The notes under the pieces were generated by a model that had not been told where the DNA came from, did no database searches, and saw only the letters and a program-made list of their open reading frames with translations. DNA of 64,000 bases, taken from contig NC_088805.1 in assembly GCF_011386835.1 (NCBI RefSeq), forward strand, positions 23,250,001 to 23,314,000, read 5' to 3'. The stretch is from Chrysemys picta bellii. Taxonomy: Eukaryota. Position 1 is the first letter of the stretch; each line of letters starts with the position of its first letter. Position numbers and translations under genes: made by a program. Below are positions 35,512-47,487 of the stretch, in pieces.

Positions 35512-38343
35512 ACCCCCAAATCTTTTTCAAAGTCACTGCTTCCAAGGAGAGTGCCCCATCCTATAAGTATGGCCTATGTTCGTTGTTCCCAGATTTATAC
35601 ATTTACATTGAGCCGAATTAAAATACGTATTGTTGGCTTCCGCCCAGTTTACCAAGTGATCTAGATCACTCTGGATTAGTGACCTGTCGTCTTCATTATT
35701 TACCACTTCCCTAATTTTTGTGTGAGGTATACTTTCTCTGATATGTGTGTGTCATATCTGAATATAAGATGTATTATTGATTATAGATGCAATACCCACA
35801 AATACATGTGTATTTGTGCGTGTGGGTGTGTATACAGATGTATCTGTACATAAGGGTGAGAGCCTCAGCTGGTATAAATTACCACAGCTCCATTAAAGTC
35901 AATGGAACGCTGCCAATTTACACCAGATCTGAATATATAATTTCCAAAATCATTGTAGAATTTCCTTGATTTCAAACATTTATTTCTCAACTGAGTCTTT
36001 AATCCCCTCTGCTGTTAGTGATGTGTGCTTTTTTTCCACTAAGGTCTCCTTTCCTAGTGAAAACGCAGTGGATGTTAATGACATTGAAATAGATGGCTAC
36101 ATTTTAAACTACTCGGTTGTGCTAAAGCGCACCAATCCTTTGTAGTTAGCAAATGGAATTCTGCAACTGAATGAATGGAAAATAGAGGTGGCAGTTTTCC
36201 ATTTAGAACTGGCGATCGGCTGCTATTGGTTTTGCTGCAGGCCAGACAGTCTTGAAAATAGGCTGGCAAATCATGGTGAGAGCCCTATCATTTAATTTCC
36301 AGCTTTAAGTAAAAGCTATTCAGCATCACAGTCCCTGTCACATACCTTTCTTAGCACTCCCTCAGATCCTTTATTTTCAACTTAAGAATCTATTTTTGGC
36401 GAGGATGGCCACAGAGAATTTACAAAGCTCCAGCTCTCATCACACACCTTAATGATTTCTTTCCATTAACCTTGGGCACAGTGGTTTGCAAAATCACTCC
36501 ACCTGCAGCACAGCAGAGCGGAAGGCTCATGGACATCTAGCTAACCCACAGTTACTTAGTTGCAGTCAAGTCTGGAATCCTCCTTCTAGTAAATGGGACT
36601 GGAGAAGTCTCCATGCTTGTGTCTGCATGTGTTGTGTGCGTGGGTGTCAGTGCATATGGCACTCCTCAGTGTGTGCTAATGCATTCTGAGCCTGTCCTGG
36701 GGACAGTTAATGGGAAGGAACCTTTCACAGAGTTCTCCTCTGGGGTAGTTCTCCCCATTTGCTCTGTTGGCGGCAGAGTTTGCCACCTACTAACGCCACA
36801 GATCCCAGAAAAGCAATGAGAGGCTGGGGTATCCACATAAAGCCCCCGTGACTCCATGCTGGCTCTAGGTCTCTGCCTTTTTTTCCTTTGGAGCTGCAGC
36901 CAGTAAGTGCCACAGGGACCCCTATAAAGAAGGTGCCTGACTATAAAGGGAATGACTGAGGTTTTATTACAGTTTTGCCCTTAGCTTCTCAGGGCTGGTG
37001 GGAAGTGATGCACACTCGCCTATCATCTCCTTCCCTGCCCCACCCACACCCTCCATGCAACTTGTGGAGAATGCCCCCCACCCCTATTTAAAATCCGGAG
37101 GAAGTGGAGAACAGAGGCAGGTGATCTGTTTCCCACCTGGGAGACTGAGTCCCTCCTTACATGCAGATTGTGCAACTGGATCCATTACCAGGCTATCCGA
37201 GTATTTCCAAAAGAGCACAGAAAGGATCCCAAAGATCACCCTCCTTTGGAAAGCAGTAGCAGAAGTTTCAAACCACTTGGATCCATTTTTCAATAGTGCT
37301 TCTCAAAAAGGAGGAAAAACTCAGTTTAGAGGATGGTCTCTTATATTTCTGTTTGAAGTTATTGCTTTACAAATGGACAGGAAATCAGATATGGGAAGGG
37401 TCTTGTCGATACATATTTCATCCCACCAATGCACACAGCTTCCTGAAAACAGAGAGCTTCTCTTTTTCATTTTTCGAGTCAGCAGAAAAATGCTGTATGT
37501 TTGGATAAGGGAAAAATTGTGGTGTGTGTGTTGGGGGGGGGGGAGGTTAGATTAAAATAATGTTATATTTTTGCAATTTTCTTCCCTTCACAGAAATATT
37601 TGTTGAATAATTCACAGCAGAGGAGGTTCTTCCACAGAGGACAGTAATCTCTCATTTATTGGCTACACTCGGGCAGACTGCAGAAGAGCTCCTAATTCTG
37701 AAATATATCATGGCCTTGAGTCTTGTGAAATGTAGCTCTGCTCCCATATATAATTTCATTTGCTCAGGAGCCAGTCTGGACGCTAATAAGCAAGGTATAA
37801 AAAGGAATGTGTTATGGATCTCACCTTGGAGGTGTGGAATAGGCTATGTGTTAACATATTGGATCTTCCATTCTGGATTTAAGACTGTAATTCGTTATAT
37901 TGGATTCCAAAGTAAAACGGCCAAGGTAGGCATCAAAGCGAGTGAGTGATGTTGGAGTTATGGAGCATCAAGTAACACAACGTTGCATGTGTTATGAGAA
38001 TGCAGAAATAGTAACATAGCCTGGAAAAACCTTACACCACACAGAGACTCAGCCTAAAGACTGATATGCCTTAGACCACTGTTTGTCAGCCTTTTCAAAT
38101 TGGTGACGTCTTATTCAAAGTCACTTTTTTTTTAAATTCCCCTTACTTTTATTGTAAATGGAAGAGTAAAAATGATCAGTGATAACCCTAGATAATTCAT
38201 CTGTGTGTGTGTGTGTTTCAAGAGGTTGACCGAGAGTACCTCATCTTAAAGGGTAAGAGTGTGCGGAGAGTGGGGAAGCGAGATGTTCTGTGCTTTAGAT
38301 GGTAATCACGCTATCAGTGCCTTGTGAGAAACACTATGTTAGA

Positions 38344-39572
38344 TGTTAGAAGAAAGAGCAGGTTGACCCAGAGGCGGATATGAATACAGGCTTCTTTATT
38401 GTGATACTTGTTCTCCTGGACCCAATTGTCCAGTAAGCACTGAATTAGTTACAGCACATTCTTTTTGTCTAAGTTAGTATGTACACGCCTACATCGTCAC
38501 AACACCCCCAAAACCCTTATTAAGGAATAAAAACACCCATTTTGTTAGTAAATCACAGGTGAAAGTAAGCCAGTACGGCGTACCGGCAAGAGCCAGTACG
38601 CCGTGCCGGACCGCCCTGGCTTCCGTGACGGGGATTTAAAGGACTCGGAGCCCCCTGCCACTGCGGGGAGCCCAGAGCCCTTTAAATCCCCCCCCGCCGC
38701 AGCTCAGCGCCCAGACTGGGGCCGGGATTTAAAGGGCTCGGAGCTCCCTGCTGCTGTGGGGAGCCCAGAGCCCTTTAAATCCCGCCCGCAGCTCCGGCAG
38801 CCGGGCTGGGGCCAGGATTTAAAGGGCCCAGAGCTCCTGCCACTGCAGGGAGCCGGCTGCCAGAGCTGCGGGGGGGATTTAAAGGGCCCTTTAATTTGCC
38901 CCTGAGCCCTGGGGGCTCCCAGCCATCTCTGCAGCTGGGAGCCCCAGGTTGATTTAAAGGCCCTGGGGCTCCCAGCCACAGCCGGAGCCCCAGGGCCTTT
39001 AAATCTTGAGAGGCCCCGCCTCTTCCAGTTGAGGTCACACCTCTTATGGATGAGGCCACTCCCCCTCAGGACTCCGGCAGTACCGGTAAGTCCTGTAAGT
39101 TACTTTCATCCCTGTAGTAAACCCACCTCTATCTATTACTCATAACATTACACATACTTTTACCTTGAAGATACATTCCTTTGCAACACTTCATTGCCAT
39201 AAATCTTCCTCATCAGCAGATCTCAGGGGAGGGAGGAAGGGGCCGTGAACAGTTCTCAGGGGAGGAAGGGGAAGGGGCCCTAAGGCAGGGCTGGTTTATG
39301 TAGCTGGGAAAGGGAGGGAGGGACAGATAACATTCCTTTTACCTTCTTTTACACAAAGGGCATTTCTCCTGCAGCTTCTGCAGCCGCATCCTTATCAATC
39401 TTTATGAGCAACAGAGAAGGGAAGAATCTGGCAACTTATATTTTAGACAAAGAAATACTGAAGAATTTGCAGCGTATGTATTAGACTATTGCCTACATAT
39501 GCCTTTGTCCCCTAATACCATGTCTGCACATTAGCAGCTTATTGTTATACTTAACCCTAAAATATCTCAACA
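38344..39572 (-). mobile_element. Solo LTR interrupted by a hAT MITE
   Basis: TGTT...AACA ends; 5-bp TSD TTAGA/TCAGA; minus-strand AATAAA near 38395. Confidence 0.65.
38554..39114. mobile_element. Non-autonomous hAT element with internal hairpin array
   Basis: Ends CACAGGTGAAAGT / ACTTTCATCCCTG; TSD TAGTAAAT/TAGTAAAC. Confidence 0.85.
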
Positions 39573-40489
39573 TCAGACACTGTTGGATATGGGGGGGGTG
39601 CTATAAAAGCCAATACAAAGGCTAATATATACAGTGCGGGCATTTCCTTCTGCAAAGAACCACGTCTGAAGCACTGGAAGTCAATGACTGGTTGGGTATC
39701 TCGTGCTTCTGCATAAAGATAACAGAACTAGCCGGTCTGGAAAGGGTAATGGATCAATGCACTAAGAAGTTAGGTCCCAAGCATACTATGTGCTCTTTGT
39801 GGGGTGACACCTGCAACCACATGCAGCCCATAGACTTCAATAGCACCCCCTCAGACCTGCCACGTGGAGCTCACTGAGCGGTCATGGTCTTAGCATCACG
39901 GTCCAGCAGTCCTTACTCAAGCAAAATTCCTATTGAAGTCAATAAGACTTTTCCTGCGTAGTCCAGATGAGTCCCACCCTATGGTTAGCTGTCTTGGAGG
40001 TAAATGGCTAATTAATAAGACAATTTGAATTTGGTGGCCCAATCCACAAATATCTATGCACATGGGTAAATTTACTCACAGGACTACTCCAGGTATTGAT
40101 GTGCAAAAGTATTTTCAGGATCCAGGGCCAACGTTTGTGATTCGTTAGTTATGTACCTGACTGTGCAGGCATTTACTGTCGAGCACAGACTAACTGCTGT
40201 GAATTATCCTGCAGTACGCTGGGATTGTTCTCAGTAGTAAATGTTTGCAGGTTGGGCCCTGCATTTTCTGCTTGCATGCAGAAACCTTGGGCCTCTTTCC
40301 ACACTGTGTGAATCCAGTGTTATGCCGGCATAATTCAGCCCTTTTCCGTGCAATGGCTTTCATTTAGATGAACCCAGCAGTGAACCAAGCCCCTCGAGCC
40401 TAAGTGTAATGTCACCTCTGTTTTTAAGAAATTGTCATACCAAAGAAGCAGCTATGACTTTATTTAGGAAATTTGATAACGAGGAAGGA

Positions 40490-40740
40490 CAATATTGTGA
40501 TTGAGGCATTGGGACTCAGGAGATCTGGGTTCAATTCCGTGCCCTGCCATAGACTTCCTGTGGGACTTCGGCAAGTCACTTAGGATTTGAGTAAGCAAAG
40601 CGCTTAAGCATGTACTTATGTATTCATTTCAGTGGTGCCTTTATCTCTCTCTATTTCAATTCTCCATATGTAAAATGAAGAGTGTACCTACTTTCTTCTA
40701 TTTTTTGTCTGTTTTATCTGCTTAAATTATAAGCTCATTA
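40490..40740 (+). mobile_element. MIR-type SINE with a small internal insertion
   Basis: gggactcaggagatctgggttcaattcc...ggcaagtcactta...tgtaaaatg. Confidence 0.6.
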
Positions 40741-40761
40741 GGGCAAGGTTGGGCTCTTACT

Positions 40762-41050
40762 AGGTATACATCTACACTGCAGCTGGAAGCATGCTTCCCA
40801 GCTCAGGCAGACAGACGCACTAGCTCTGTTTGGGCTAGCACACTAAAAACAGCAGTGTAGCCAGAGATAGCACAGGCTAGTGGTTCACGCTAGCCACCCA
40901 AGTACGTACTTGGGGGTCCAGGCATGCTTGTTCTCAGGCAGCTAGCTCAAGCTGTGCTATCTTTGGTGACTCAACTATCTTTAGTCAAGCTAGCATGTCG
41001 GTCTACCCGAGCTGGGAAACATACTTCCAACTGCAGTGTAGACATATCCT
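40762..41050. mobile_element. Harbinger-type MITE
   Basis: Inverted ends tctacactgcagctggaagcatg / catacttccaactgcagtgtagac. Confidence 0.75.
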
Positions 41051-41119
41051 CTATGTACGTACAGGGCCTAGCACAATGGAGCCCCAGTCTCAGTTGGGCC
41101 CTTCAGAGGCTGCTCTGAG

Positions 41120-41722
41120 CAGGGCCGGCTCCAGGCACCAGCCCACCAAGCTTGTGCTTGGGGCGGCACCTGGAGGGGGGCGGTGCGGTGCTCTGGCTCT
41201 GGCCGCCAGGGAGAGCAGAGCCCCAGGCGGGCTCGCTGCCCTCCCCCCGGCGCTCTGGCCGCCAGGGAGAGCGGAGCCCTGACCGGGACTCGCCGCCCTC
41301 TGCCCCGGCGCTCTGGCCGCCGGGGAGAGCGGAGCCGCAGCGGGCTCGCCGCCCTCCCCCTGGTGCTCTGGCCGCCGGGGACAGTGGAGCCACGGTGGGC
41401 TCACCGCCCTCCCCCCGGCACTCTGGCCGCCGGGGAGAGCAGAGCCCCGAGCGGGACTCGCCGCCCTCCCCCTGGTGCTCTGGCCGCCGGGGAGAGCGGA
41501 GCCCCAAGCGGGACTCGCAGCCCTCCCCCCGGCGCTCTGGCCGCCGGGGAGAGCGGAGCCCCGACCGGGACTCGCCGCCGGGTAGAGCGGAGCCCCGGCC
41601 GGGGCTCAATGCCCTCCCCCCGGGGCTCTGGCCGCCCTCCCCTGCCGCGGTGGGGCGGGGGGGGGGGGGGGCAGCCGGAGGCTTTTTTGCCTGGGGCGGC
41701 AAAAAAGCCAGAGCCGGCCCTG
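41120..41722 (+). mobile_element. Non-autonomous hAT element, CAGGGCCGGCTC family (603 bp)
   Basis: Perfect 12-bp TIRs; perfect TSD GCTCTGAG; about six ~59-bp GC-rich tandem units. Confidence 0.93.
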
Positions 41723-41747
41723 GCTCTGAGATAAATAACACAGACCA

Positions 41748-42313
41748 TATGATGAGGCAGAGTGTCCCCACAATGGCAGCAGGGAGGTTAAGGAAGCTGA
41801 CAGGGTCCTCACCGGCAACAAAAGTTAGGGAAAGTTTGTGGGCCCAGTTGGCCCCGCCCCACTGCATCTGCAACGTCAGGCCTGGAGAGAGCAGATGACA
41901 GGAGAGGGCCTCTCCCAGTTGAGGGCGGAGCAGGAGGGAAGATGGCGCTCTGCTTCTCTTGGCGGGAGAGAGCCTGGCTGCAGCACTGAGACGGAACTCG
42001 CCAGCCAGCCAGACCAACCCTCCTGGGAGGGGCGACCAGATCCCAGGAAGGAAATCAGCAGAAGCACAGACTAAGTAGAAGGGTAGGGCTCCATTGAGGG
42101 TTTGTGGGAGGACTCTGGTTTTGAATTGTGTTTATTTTTGTTCCTGATTACCTTTGACCCTTAAACAGCCTGAAAGGGGTAGGACTGAAGGGTGTTTAGG
42201 CAGGAAGCCCAAATCACCACTATGCTGGACCTCATTGGGACAAAGACACACCAGCAGAGACCCACAGCTGGATGAGTTGTGCCCAGAAGGGACAAGGGGG
42301 TTCCATCCTGACA
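41748..42313 (+). mobile_element. Solo LTR (Gypsy-like)
   Basis: T(A)TGATGAGG...CCTGACA ends; 4-bp flanks ACCA/ACCC. Confidence 0.5.
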
Positions 42314-43694
42314 ACCCAGTCACAAATCCTGTATGGCTGTATATATGGATTGCCTCACTCTGATTCTCTCTGTTCTGCCGTATTGTATATTAGACGACAT
42401 ATTTAATGATTTAAAACAATAAAAGTGAAGGGAGGCAGGGGCGGGGAAGGCGGAAGAGAGACAGCCTGAGAAAGCACACCTGCAGTGTTTTATCGGACTT
42501 TCAGTTCCCAGTAAAAACACCTTCTTACCCCTGCAGTTTTTCCCGCCATTGCTTCTTGATTGGGCTACTTCAAAAGTGCTGGACGTTTACTGAGTGTCAT
42601 GCTGAATAATGTATTGGATTATTATTAAATTGGTTGCAATGAATTCTGTGTTGATGTATCATTTCCTTTGCATAATGTGGCAAATAACTACTGGATTTAT
42701 TATGTCGAGAGAAGTTCGGAGCGTTGACAGGGCTCTCTAAACTGAAATGCCGACCCGATGGGGAGTTTGTGCTTTATATTTAATGTTAAATTCAAGATGT
42801 TGCACATTTTTTGCTCACTTTTGAAGGAAAAAAATCAAATGACTGGTTTGCGTTAGTTGGGCAAAGTGACATCTACAGCTGGAAAATTATCTGTTGAATA
42901 ATTCATTTAAAAATAGCACAGAGTTAATCAAAAAATTATTCAGCAAATATTATTCGACCAGCTCTGCTGACATCTTGCCTTATCAAGATGGGTCTAATTT
43001 TTTTAAGCACCACCATTTCATGATTAGCAGGCTCATTCTTTTGCAATTTTTCTTGCTGGTTGGCTCATGTCATAGGCTGACTCCTAAAGAAAAACGACCT
43101 TTCAGCCCACCCATTGCTGCATATTTAATGATAAAATGACACTGGTTAAAATTAAGTTTTAATTTATTACTGTATGTCTCACCTGATCCTTGTATATCAG
43201 TGGTGAATGATGGTCTTTTGCTTGATGAACTGGACTGGGATTCAGGGGATGCTGGTTTCTGGACTTCCTGTGACACCTTGGGAAAGTCTTAATCTCCCTG
43301 GACCTCAATTAACCATGTGTAATGGGAATAATAGTCTTTCCTTTCTGCTGTCTATTTGGATTGTCCCCTTTTGGGAGCAGAAGCTGACTCTGGGGTCACA
43401 ATCTGGGTTGAGACCTTTGGGGCTACCTGGAGACAGCTGATAATAGTTTTGATTGGTTACATTTTAATATTTTAACCTTATCAAAGGAGCCTGGGGGTTA
43501 GTTGCACTGCTGGTTGTTTATGAGACCAAGCACGTTATAGGGTCAACTGTAGTGGGAAAAAAAACCTTTAGCCCTGTCTCCTGGTCCATTGCATTTATGT
43601 ACGCTGCGTACTCTCTGGGGGTTCAAGGCCATGGCTGAGTTCAGACCACATTACCCCACCTGATTAGAAATGTAGAAGGTTGGTTGGTTGAAGT

Positions 43695-43990
43695 CAACAT
43701 CAGAGCTGCTAATTCTTGAGACTTCATCACAATCTTGCAATATCTTGCAATACCCCAGCTGCTGAAATCAAGAGATTGCACAAGAATCACAGCTTTCATT
43801 TAACCAGACAGTGTCTATCCCTTATGGTTGCAAAGAAAAGCTTGACTGTGTAAAGTGAGTGCTCTCAAAAGGCTCAGAAAGCAAATAAAAAGAGCCCCAC
43901 ATTTTTTTAATTTTTGTAAATCACAGGATTGCAAATCTCCTCATTTTGGGGGGGCCTAACATCATTTTTGAACCCTTGAGGATGGCAGCA
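43695..43990 (+). mobile_element. Same AT-rich repeat family as 12450-12735
   Basis: aaaggctcagaaagcaaataaaagagcccc motif. Confidence 0.5.
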
Positions 43991-44343
43991 TAGCCCCAGT
44001 GAAGTCACCAGCCCCAGAGAGATCAATCATTTGAAGCTTTTGTATCATTAATGAAAAGTTTTCCCCCCATTGGCTTTCTGTGCTGTACCGCTGAGATCTC
44101 ATCTTGCTTGAAACAGACATGACTGTGTGCATCTTGCTTTAGGAAAGACCTACACAGGATAACTCAGAGATGTTGCGTTGCAGTTGATAAAATAAAAAAA
44201 TAATTTCAGATTAATCGTGGGTGTGAAATTGACACCCAGCATCATTCCTCACAAAGACTTTAAAATCCTGGTTGGCTGAATCCAAAGGAATTTGGAGAAC
44301 AGCTAAAATAATATATCTTAAATATATGTTTGGTGCCTCTGTA

Positions 44344-44552
44344 CAGGGCCGGCAGAACCCATTAGGTGACCTAGGCGGTCGCTTAGGGCGCTAACATTTG
44401 GGGGGCGGCGACCACAGCGGCTGGATCTTCGGCCACTCCGGTCATCGTCGGTATTTCGGGGGCGGGACCTTCCGCCGCCTCTGTCGGGGGCGGCATTTCG
44501 GGGGCAGGACCTTCCGCCACCTAGGGCGGCAAAAAAGTTGGCGGTGCTCCTG
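44344..44552. mobile_element. Small non-autonomous hAT element (209 bp)
   Basis: Starts CAGGGCCGGC, ends degenerate ggtgctcctg; TSD CCTCTGTA/CCTCCGTA. Confidence 0.8.
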
Positions 44553-45779
44553 CCTCCGTACTGTGGTGATAGGCACCTTAGAAAGATTCAGATAACTGAT
44601 CCATCACTAAACATGGCTTCCATTCCTCCTTATATGGTTTTTATTCCCCCAAATACATGCATCTAAATTGCCCAAGTGTTATAGTCTCCTTGGCAGCTGA
44701 CCCCATGCTTTTTGACTTGCGTTTCCTACACGCATTAACATCTAGGGCTCCATCAAACACACCAAGCAGAAGGAGTTTCTTGCATTGCAAATACCTCTTT
44801 ATGCAGAAGAGATGTGATCTCTATCTCTCCTGCTTCCATGGAGAGAATGCAAATGCCTGGCCCGGACACAACAGTTTGCATCTTATGAAAAGGTTCTGAG
44901 AGGAAATATATGTAAAGGAAATGCCACCTTCTGAAACCAGAGTTGTGGGTATTTGTCAGGACAGTGAGATCATCGTCTGCTCAATGTAAAAAGTAAGGTT
45001 ATTACTGGGATCTCCCCAAACTCTTTTGAAGACAGGTGGAATAGTGGGGTTCTACTAGTCAGCGGAATATTTCAGTCTTTTTCTTTTTCTGGCTACTGTC
45101 TAAATTAACAGTAGCTCCCCTTTCTCTGCAACCCTGTTTCTTCCACTTCCCTGGATTTTGTGGGGCTTCTTTGTTACAAACATACACACACACACACGCC
45201 TATATCACCATCCTTCTCCTTCTTAGCTACAATTCTCTGCTCCTTAAGGTTCATTTCTGGTCTCACTTCCTTCCTCTGCCATATGTGTCCCTCTCGTCAT
45301 GCCACTACAGTTTGTCTGTCTCTCTTTCCCTTTGTTACTTTCTCCTTCTTCCTGCCTTCTCTAGCCCACCCCACCCGGAGTGTACCCAGCAGCAAAGGAG
45401 CCTGTTCAGTAGCACATTCCCAGTAGCACTTTGGAAATACCAAAGATCCCACAGTCCTGGCCCTGCTAGGAATATACTGCTCTGTAGGAGCATAGGTGTG
45501 ACCCTATGCTGGAAGAGGACTTCAGGGGAGGAGACAGACTGCTAAACCAAAGGGAAGCAAGTGTGGAGAGACTCACAGACAGAAGGGAAAGATTCTCCCC
45601 TCAGGCATTCAAGTACTTGACCCTATCCACATTGGGCTGGGAAATGAGCTATGGCAAGAAAAGTCACGGTAATAATGTTGGCACCTTGTTACACACCAGA
45701 TCTCCACCCAGTGTTCGGTCGTGCCTGTTAACTTTAGTGGCAGCAAGACCTTTTTACTCCTGCTAGCAATGCCAAGCAG

Positions 45780-45930
45780 GGAAGTCATTTTGGCTAGTGG
45801 TTAAAGCACGCGACTGGCACTCAGGAGATCTGAGATCATTTCCTGGCTCTGCCGTAGACACCCTTTGTAACCTTGGGCAAAATCACTTTCTTTGCTCAAT
45901 TTTTCACGTGTAAAATGGGGATAAGGATGC
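45780..45930 (+). mobile_element. MIR-type SINE remnant
   Basis: ggctagtggttaaagcacgcgactggcactcaggagatctg...accttgggcaa...tgtaaaatggggataa. Confidence 0.65.
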
Positions 45931-46705
45931 TTCCTTCACCCCCTCCCCTCCCCTTATCTCAGTTGTGACTTCTTGGCACTACTATAATACAAATGATAAT
46001 AATAGAGCTAACACGACTATGGGAGAGGGAGTTGGATTCTTGTCCGGCTTGTGTCTCTCATCAGTAGAATTAGCTTAGCTCTAGATAAAGCCTCTTTATC
46101 TCCCAGCTCATTTGCCCCTTAACTACTCTGTAATATACAGTAATTTATTTGGGCCAGGGTAGGAACCTATAAGAGCACACCTTGTCCTTTCCTATCCGAG
46201 AGTGACTTCTCCATAGTGACAGTCACAAAAGTTGCCCTTTCTTGCAAATCTAACGGACCTGCTATGGAGTCACCAAGAGACAATGAATGTGGGAGCCCCA
46301 CAGTGCCAGCTACACATTCAGATCAGAACCACACAGAAAGGGACTGTCCACATTAGCTTCAAGCATTGCTTCAGCTCAGTTTTCAACACAGCTTGACCTG
46401 CCAGAGTGAACACTCTGGCCTTTTCCATACCAGGATTTTTAATCCTAAAATTTCCCACTGTTGCTACCACTAGAGTAGCTGCACACATGGTGGCAATGGT
46501 GCCACAGCACTGCTGAAGACATATAGCCCATGGGCGATGGTGATTTCACCATCATATTGTCTAGGCCTGTTCTGAGGAGGGTTAGACAGTGGAGCGGTTA
46601 AAGTGCCAGTGGCTGGCTACTCAATAGACTTTTCTTCATTGGAAAATTAAGGTCTATTAGAACGCAACCATAAGGAGTTGTGTTAACAAACATGATGCTC
46701 TAACA

Positions 46706-47487
46706 CAGAGGTGGGCAAACTATGGCCCGCAGGCCACATCCTCCCCGGCCCCTGAGCTCCTGGCCCAGGAGGCTCGCCCCCAGCCCCTCCCCCGCTATTC
46801 CCCCTTCCCTGCAGCCTCAGCTTGCTCTGCCGCCGGCGCAATGCTCTGGGCGGCGGGGCGGCGAGCTCCTGGGGCAGCGCAGCTGCAGATCCTGGCCTGA
46901 CCCGGTGCTCTGTGCTGCGTGGTGGTGTGGCTGGCTCCGGGTGGCGCGGCTGTAGTGCCGTCAGCCACCGCTGCTCCAGGCAGCGCGGTAAGGGGGGAGG
47001 GAGCGGGGGAGTTGGCTAGAGGGCAGGGGAGTCCGGGGTGGTGGTCAGGGGTGGGGATAGGGGTCGGGGCGGTCAGAGGGCAGGGAACAGGAGGGTTGAA
47101 TTGGGGCAGAGGTTCCAGGGGGCAGTCAGGAAGGAGGGGGGGCGTTGGATGGGGCGACGGAGGGCAGTCAGGGGTAGGAGTTCCTGTGGTGGTCAGGGAG
47201 AAGAGGTGGTTGGATGGGGCAGGGGTCCTGGGAGGCAGTCAGGAATGAGAGCTGGGGCAGTCAGGGATGGGGGTTCCAGGGGGTTCCAGGAGCTGTCAGG
47301 GGACAGGGAACAGGGGGGGTTGGATGGAGCAGGAGTCCCAGGGGGCCATCCAGGGGTGAGAAGCAGGAGGGGTCGGATGGGGGCGGGGGCCAGGCCATGC
47401 CTGACTGTTTGGAGAGGCACAACCTCCCCTAACCGGCCCTCCATACAATTTTGGAAACCGATGCGGCCCTCAGTTTGCCCACCCCTG
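46706..47487. mobile_element. Non-autonomous hAT element (782 bp)
   Basis: TIRs CAGAGGTGGGCAAAC / GTTTGCCCACCCCTG; perfect TSD CTCTAACA; G-rich interior. Confidence 0.92.

Larger units (their letters stand above)
33281..35722 (-). mobile_element. CR1 LINE 3' portion with two nested insertions
   Basis: Tail tcatagattctaaggccagaag at 33282; CR1 sequence is continuous across the hAT (33570) and LTR (34694) insertions. Confidence 0.8.

Noticed and set aside
36998-37555. 185-aa ORF as a novel gene or exon
   Set aside because: GTG start, no recognisable domain, no clear splice context; it includes SINE-tail-like text (aggatcccaaag).
41090-42017. ORFs of 304, 248 and 183 aa (and similar ones at 32248-32983 and 57211-57795)
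   Set aside because: Stop-poor GC-rich tandem units of MITEs bounded by TIRs.
45381-45692. Possible short LTR (TGTAC..GTTACA); similar doubt for 10188-10542
   Set aside because: No TSD or other support; boundaries could be chance.
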